64,000 bases of DNA from Eremomyces bilateralis CBS 781.70 (taxonomy: Eukaryota): assembly GCA_010015585.1 (NCBI GenBank), contig ML975150.1. One strand, 5' to 3'. This document shows, in pieces, positions 62,042-64,000 of this stretch. Positions within the stretch are counted from its first letter, which is position 1; every line of letters begins with the position of its first letter. Both the position numbers and the translations under genes were made by a program. The notes below the pieces were generated by a model. It made no database searches. It was not told the DNA's origin and saw nothing but the letters and a program-made list of their open reading frames with translations.

Positions 62042-64000
62042 ATGGCGAACGAAGATTCTGGGGAATCGTCCCCTACGATACAGGTGGAGAACGTCCAGAA
62101 ACACCTGTTCTCTAGTTCCACAAAGCTGCGCACCGCAGAGCTTCATACACTGAAGCGATATGTAAACGATGAGCGTAAGCATAACAACAATCCTTTGGAC
62201 AATGCCATGATTTAACAGGAACAGATCTTAGCTCATCGGAAATAAAAAGCATCGCCACCCTTCTTTTCAAGTTACACCCCAGATACATCGATCAGGAATC
62301 ACGAACTGCGGCCCGACAATGTCTGGCTGCGTTGATATCTTCCGAGCACGGGCAAGATGCGGTTGCCGTCATCATCGATTCGATTACCTCCGAAGCATCC
62401 AAACGAACCATAGCACCGGGCAATGCTTTTGTACTTCTCTCCTGGTGCTCCGCTCTCCATAAAGAGACCAAGGACAACACAGCCTTCTGGGACAAATGGG
62501 GGGGTAAGCTCGTCGATGCCGAAGCGAATGCCCTTGATCTCGTACTCGGAACGGGACACCGCGAGAGTGTGAAAAAACATTGCAGAGGGAAGATAAGGAG
62601 TGCTTTTCGAGCATTGGTGGAAACCGGTCCTGCTGGAAACAGTATAGTGACTGGGCTGATCAAGAAGCTCACAACCAAAGGATCTGCACCAGCAGCCAAG
62701 AATGCTCTAGTACTAGGCCTCATTGCGAGTGCTTGCTCACGAACACCGTCTACGCATCCAGTAATCGAGCAGAGCAAACCGGATATCTACTCCTTTTATG
62801 TTCGTGAAATCCTTGCTTCGCGGACGGCTGTCCCCGAGCATGTCGCGGGTGGGCTTCACCACTTCTTCAGATCCTTTTCTTCGCTGGATGAGCTTCGGAC
62901 TCAAGTGGTAGGAAGCATAGAAAAAGGGTTGCTCCGAGCCCCAGAAGTGCTCTTAAACAATGTCCTCAATCAGCTGTTCGCCTCGGTCTCTCCTGAAGTC
63001 GACCTCTCGACTGTCCTCAAGGGGCTAGTCAAGCCTCTTATGTCGAATCTCAAGTCGACAAATCTAGTCGTCAAGAAGGGTGTTCTAGAAGCTTTCCATG
63101 CTCTCGCAGCGAAGTCGCACGATCAGACGGCTCTCTCTACTGTCGTGGATGAGTTGCTGAAACCTTTGAAACAAGGAAAGGTCACAGCCGCAGACCAGAA
63201 AGCCGCCCATTGCCAGATGCTAGCGGCGTTGCAATGCAAAGATAGCCTAGCGCTGCGGGTGGCAACTGACTTGACAGCGGTAGCGCAGAAAGAGTCAAAC
63301 GATGTAGCTCTTCATGCCGAACTGCAAACAGCAGCTGCACATGCAGTGACCGCGTTTAAGGAAGGGCAGAGCTTTGATAAGGTCGTCAATGACGCGTTCA
63401 CTAAGGGATGTAAAGAAAAGCGTCCGGCGTTCTCGAAGCGCTGGGCCCTGTGCTTTGGCAATATTGTCCTGGGCTCGTCAGAAGATACCCTTGGTTCACC
63501 AGGAATGGTAGCCTTCATCAAAGCCGCATTGAATGGGCTGGTAGATGCCTACAAGGACATAACCGCCAATCCGATTCAAGCCACTCAAAACGGATCGATA
63601 TCAACAGCCTACGTTACGGCTACATTGTCACTGTCCACACTCCGAACGATCAATGACAATGATGTCTCTTCGATCCTTCAAAAACTCGCGGTACAAAAAC
63701 ATTTGTACATGGTCGAACCAAAACCATCTTTCCTCCTAAACCCTCGCGTCTACACCAAACTGCTCGACGAAGAAGACATAGCCTGGTGTCTACGATGCCT
63801 CGAGGCTGCCGTGGATGGTATCGCAAGCACCAAAGACAACCAAGACGCGGCACGGCCGTGGTCACAAGGGATCTTATATTTCTTATCAGAGAGACGATCT
63901 GCAGCGCTGTCAACGCGGTCAAGCGAAACGATTGCGAGCGCATTCAATGCTCACCCTGGGTTCGTCGGACAGGCAGTGATTGATGGGATATGGACGTGGT
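62042..64000 (+). CDS. GCN1: Translational activator GCN1, 5' part (runs off the window)
   Basis: LFSSSTKLR, YIDQESR, IEKGLLRAPEVLL and EPKPSFLLNPRVYTKL resemble fungal Gcn1 N-terminal HEAT region; long open frame after a first intron (~62175-62225). Confidence 0.8.

Overview
Eukaryotic (filamentous ascomycete-type) genomic DNA with short GT-AG introns and CTAAC/CTGAC branch sites. Housekeeping genes lie at both ends. Left: an RE/RD-rich conserved protein, mitoribosomal mL60/MRPL31 and TRAPP Trs20. Right: a single-TM protein, Sec18/NSF, KXD1, a small EDPW-motif protein, an Ayg1-like hydrolase, hexokinase and the 5' part of GCN1. Between them (~6.4-46 kb) is an accessory island. It holds four paralogous F-box-like genes (two pseudogenised) plus a fifth unrelated one, a secreted alpha/beta hydrolase, a HET/het-6-type gene with a homopolymer frameshift, a secreted tyrosinase and a RecQ-like helicase relic. 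It also holds a PTH11-like membrane protein, a RIP-mutated Tad-like LINE, three MITE-like inverted-repeat elements and a C2H2/homeodomain regulator. Two candidates stand out. (i) An intact head-to-head pair of an active AAA+ ATPase and a NACHT-like protein that has lost its Walker A lysine (32.5-38 kb). (ii) A ~20 kb cargo block bracketed by a 100% identical 121-bp direct repeat, each copy abutting a different TIR element, with a further 26-bp direct repeat outside. All family assignments come from motif recognition by eye; no database searches were run.
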